Of a stretch of DNA of 64,000 nt, positions 61,779-64,000 are shown piece after piece; position 1 is the stretch's first letter, and the number at the start of each line of letters is the position of its first letter. The notes beneath the pieces were generated by a model. The model was not told where the DNA came from. It searched no databases and saw only the letters and a list, made by a program, of their open reading frames with translations. Position numbers and translations under genes: made by a program. The DNA comes from a virus. Location: positions 32,001 to 96,000 of IMG/VR virus record IMGVR_UViG_3300034782_000062; one strand, 5' to 3'.

Positions 61779-62241
61779 GGAGACCGTCGAGCAACAAGAG
61801 GCGCCCCCGGCTGTGGAGGTCGGAAACGGCGAAAAAATCACCTATGACCAGCTCGAAGAGTTCTTCATCGAAGAAGGTCAGTGGCTCGAAGGACAGATTG
61901 CCGAGGAGCAGCAGACACACCAATCCTGCCCTCTGTGCTCGGGTCTACCCAACGTCTTCAGGATGCTGATGCAGGCTGCACGCGCCGCACTGGAGAACGC
62001 CGACACCATGATGGAGAAGGGCTACAGCGAGCAGCGGGTCATCGGGCAGCTCCTCCGTGAGAAGGTCTGGTACGAGACGACCAAGGGAGTCATCAATGAG
62101 ATGTTCCAGATCGGTCACAAGCCCGGCGCCATAATGAGCGCCCACCCCGAGCTGGCTATCAGCAAGAGCAAGCGCCGTCAGATCAAGAGCGGCAAGCACA
62201 AGCGCAAGATGGCACGGGAGGCGCGAAGAAAGAACCGCTGA
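61753..62241 (+). CDS. Hypothetical protein, acidic N-terminus and basic C-terminus
   Basis: CPLC; GGAAGG RBS. Confidence 0.7.
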   Translation: MTDEQKAAEETVEQQEAPPAVEVGNGEKITYDQLEEFFIEEGQWLEGQIAEEQQTHQSCPLCSGLPNVFRMLMQAARAALENADTMMEKGYSEQRVIGQLLREKVWYETTKGVINEMFQIGHKPGAIMSAHPELAISKSKRRQIKSGKHKRKMAREARRKNR

Positions 62242-62636
62242 TGCAAGACGACGAAAAGGAAAAAACCGCTCTGGAGCTACTCGGAGAGTGGCACCAGCAC
62301 GTCGAAGCCATCGACAGTCTCGAAGACCGTCTACGGGAGATGCGAGAGATGGACGACCCGTGCCTCATCTGCATGGAGGCCATCGCCATGGTTATCTCTA
62401 CCAACCGCGTCCTGAAGGAGTCCATGGACTCCATCGCCAAGCAAATCTCCTCTGGGGGCGCAGACCTCGAAGGCATGACCTTCATGATGAACCTGTACAA
62501 CCAGTGGCACACCATTGCGAGCGCCTGCGTCATGAGGATGGCTCACGCGGGGCACAGAGAAATTGAAGCGGCCCAGGTCGTCCGTGCCGATGGCTGCATC
62601 AAAGAAACTTTCAACCGAACAATCACGGACTCATAA
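62241..62636 (+). CDS. Hypothetical protein
   Basis: TGATG coupling. Confidence 0.7.
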   Translation: MQDDEKEKTALELLGEWHQHVEAIDSLEDRLREMREMDDPCLICMEAIAMVISTNRVLKESMDSIAKQISSGGADLEGMTFMMNLYNQWHTIASACVMRMAHAGHREIEAAQVVRADGCIKETFNRTITDS

Positions 62637-62667
62637 ACACAATTCCGAGGAGAACAGGAGAACCACC

Positions 62668-64000
62668 ATGGGTATCAAAGGACTTCAGACCAGGATGGCA
62701 ATCCTGGGTCACATCAAAATCGGGGGTAAGAAGAAGGTCAACCGCCCAGCGGACAAGGGTGGTCCCTACCTGCGACCGGTGAAGTTCGACCACTTCGTCG
62801 TCACCACGACGGACCAGGACGAGCTGGGCTACATCAAGGACGATGTCCTGATGAACAAGCTTATGAGTGACCAGCTCAACATTCTCGTCGCCGAACATAC
62901 CGAGAAAATCTATAACGAGGGCGGCGAGCTGGTGAAGACAGTCCAGACCATCTCCACCGATGAGCTGCGCAAGCAGAACAGCGTGCTGCGCCGCATCCTC
63001 GTCGCGCTCCCCTTCGACGACCCCGACCAGAACCTCGTAACCTCGCTGGCCATCTACGATCGTGAGGGCTGCCGGTGCCGCGGTGATGCCGAGAGCGCCG
63101 ACTGGGTCGATCCTCGCACCGGCGAAGTCTCGAAGGTCAAATGCCCCTGCAACCTCTTCATGGCCAAGCTCCATCCTGATGACGAGCCTGACCAGCGCCC
63201 TGCTCACGAGAAGGGCCTCAAACCCAATCCGAAGAAGGGCGTCACCTGCAAGGCCAATGGCAACCTGCGCGTGATGATCGCCCGCGCCAAGACGCTCGGC
63301 GGAATCCACCAGTTCCGTACAACCTCGATGAACTCCATCACCCAGCTCATGGCTGCCATGAACCAGGTACGGGAAATCACTGGTGGGCTACTGGCCGGCG
63401 TTCCGATGGCGCTGGAGGTCTACCCCAAGAAGGTGAGCCCCGGCCCAAACCAGAAGCCGCAGACCGTCTACGTCGTTACACTGACTCACCGCGCCAGCAT
63501 CAACGACTTCCTCCGTGACGTCGCTGAGCAGACAGCTCTCAGAGAGAGCATGCGCAAGCAGATCGCCGCCAAAGAGATCCTGGAGCTTCCAGCGCCTGGC
63601 ATGGAAAGCCGCTTCGAGCAGGTCGCGATCGGTCAGGAATACTATGGTACCGAAGCCGCTGCCTTCGTCTCCGCGACGGGCGAAGAACTCGCAGCACTCC
63701 CAGAGGTCGTCGCAGATGTGTCCGGGGAGGAGCGGGAGAAGGCTGATGAGCCCAAGAAGAAGACCGGGTCCAAGAAGCAACAGGGCGACGAAAGCGCCGA
63801 GAAGGCCCCTGAGAAGACCGAAGAGCCTGAGCCGACCGAGGAGTCTGGACAGAGCGAAGCGCCTCAGGAGGAGGCTCAGCCGCCTCAGGAGAAGGCTCAG
63901 AGCCCTGATGAGGACCAAGGCAAAAATTCGTCGGGGGACGGCTCTGACAGCAAGGACGACGGAACTGCCGATAGTCCTCAGGATGATCCAGGAGACCAGG
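62668..64000 (+). CDS. Gp3-like / recombination-directionality-factor-like protein (truncated by window end)
   Basis: Translated by hand: MGIKGLQTRMAILGHIKIGG...KFDHFVVT...CRGD...CPC...CK.NG.L.V...GG.HQFRTTS.NSI.QL...LAGVP..L.V; AGGAG RBS; no stop seen before 64000. Confidence 0.8.
   Translation, partial: MGIKGLQTRMAILGHIKIGGKKKVNRPADKGGPYLRPVKFDHFVVTTTDQDELGYIKDDVLMNKLMSDQLNILVAEHTEKIYNEGGELVKTVQTISTDELRKQNSVLRRILVALPFDDPDQNLVTSLAIYDREGCRCRGDAESADWVDPRTGEVSKVKCPCNLFMAKLHPDDEPDQRPAHEKGLKPNPKKGVTCKANGNLRVMIARAKTLGGIHQFRTTSMNSITQLMAAMNQVREITGGLLAGVPMALEVYPKKVSPGPNQKPQTVYVVTLTHRASINDFLRDVAEQTALRESMRKQIAAKEILELPAPGMESRFEQVAIGQEYYGTEAAAFVSATGEELAALPEVVADVSGEEREKADEPKKKTGSKKQQGDESAEKAPEKTEEPEPTEESGQSEAPQEEAQPPQEKAQSPDEDQGKNSSGDGSDSKDDGTADSPQDDPGDQ

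Overview
The window looks like part of a large (>64 kb) bacterial virus genome with two divergent arms meeting at a non-coding junction at about 32.0-33.3 kb. No searches were run; family calls come from motif recognition. LEFT ARM (1-32 kb, all genes on the - strand): a structural module with no terminase, portal, HK97 capsid or tail genes. It encodes three adjacent candidate single-jelly-roll capsid proteins, a 1171-aa histone-like protein with a membrane segment, a transglutaminase-like enzyme, a candidate clan-CD peptidase, a SleB-like muramidase and a J-domain protein. It also holds about 25 tandem small membrane-anchored paralogues. Many of these share an N-terminal M-x-YEY...G[LM]G leader, a six-cysteine 'CCP' domain or a peptidoglycan-binding domain. 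This suggests a tailless, membrane-containing virus much larger than characterised single-jelly-roll viruses. RIGHT ARM (33-64 kb, + strand): early and replication genes. These include a DUF2997-DUF1257-AAA ATPase module, many small cassette-like ORFs, two ParB-like proteins, a radical SAM enzyme, a Cas12m-like (type V-M, RuvC-I Asp->Asn) effector with a 10-repeat CRISPR array and no cas1/cas2, a PD-(D/E)XK nuclease, an SF2 helicase and a Gp3-like recombination protein cut by the window edge. Most novel signals: (i) three D-armless tRNA-shaped RNA elements between genes; (ii) a 13-bp palindrome CRTCY-(YCA)-RGAYG in at least 32 copies, found in promoters, before RBSs and as the tip of the tRNA mimics' anticodon-like arm; (iii) the YEY/GLG leader family; (iv) the viral Cas12m mini-system, whose repeat variants covary in a pseudoknot stem.
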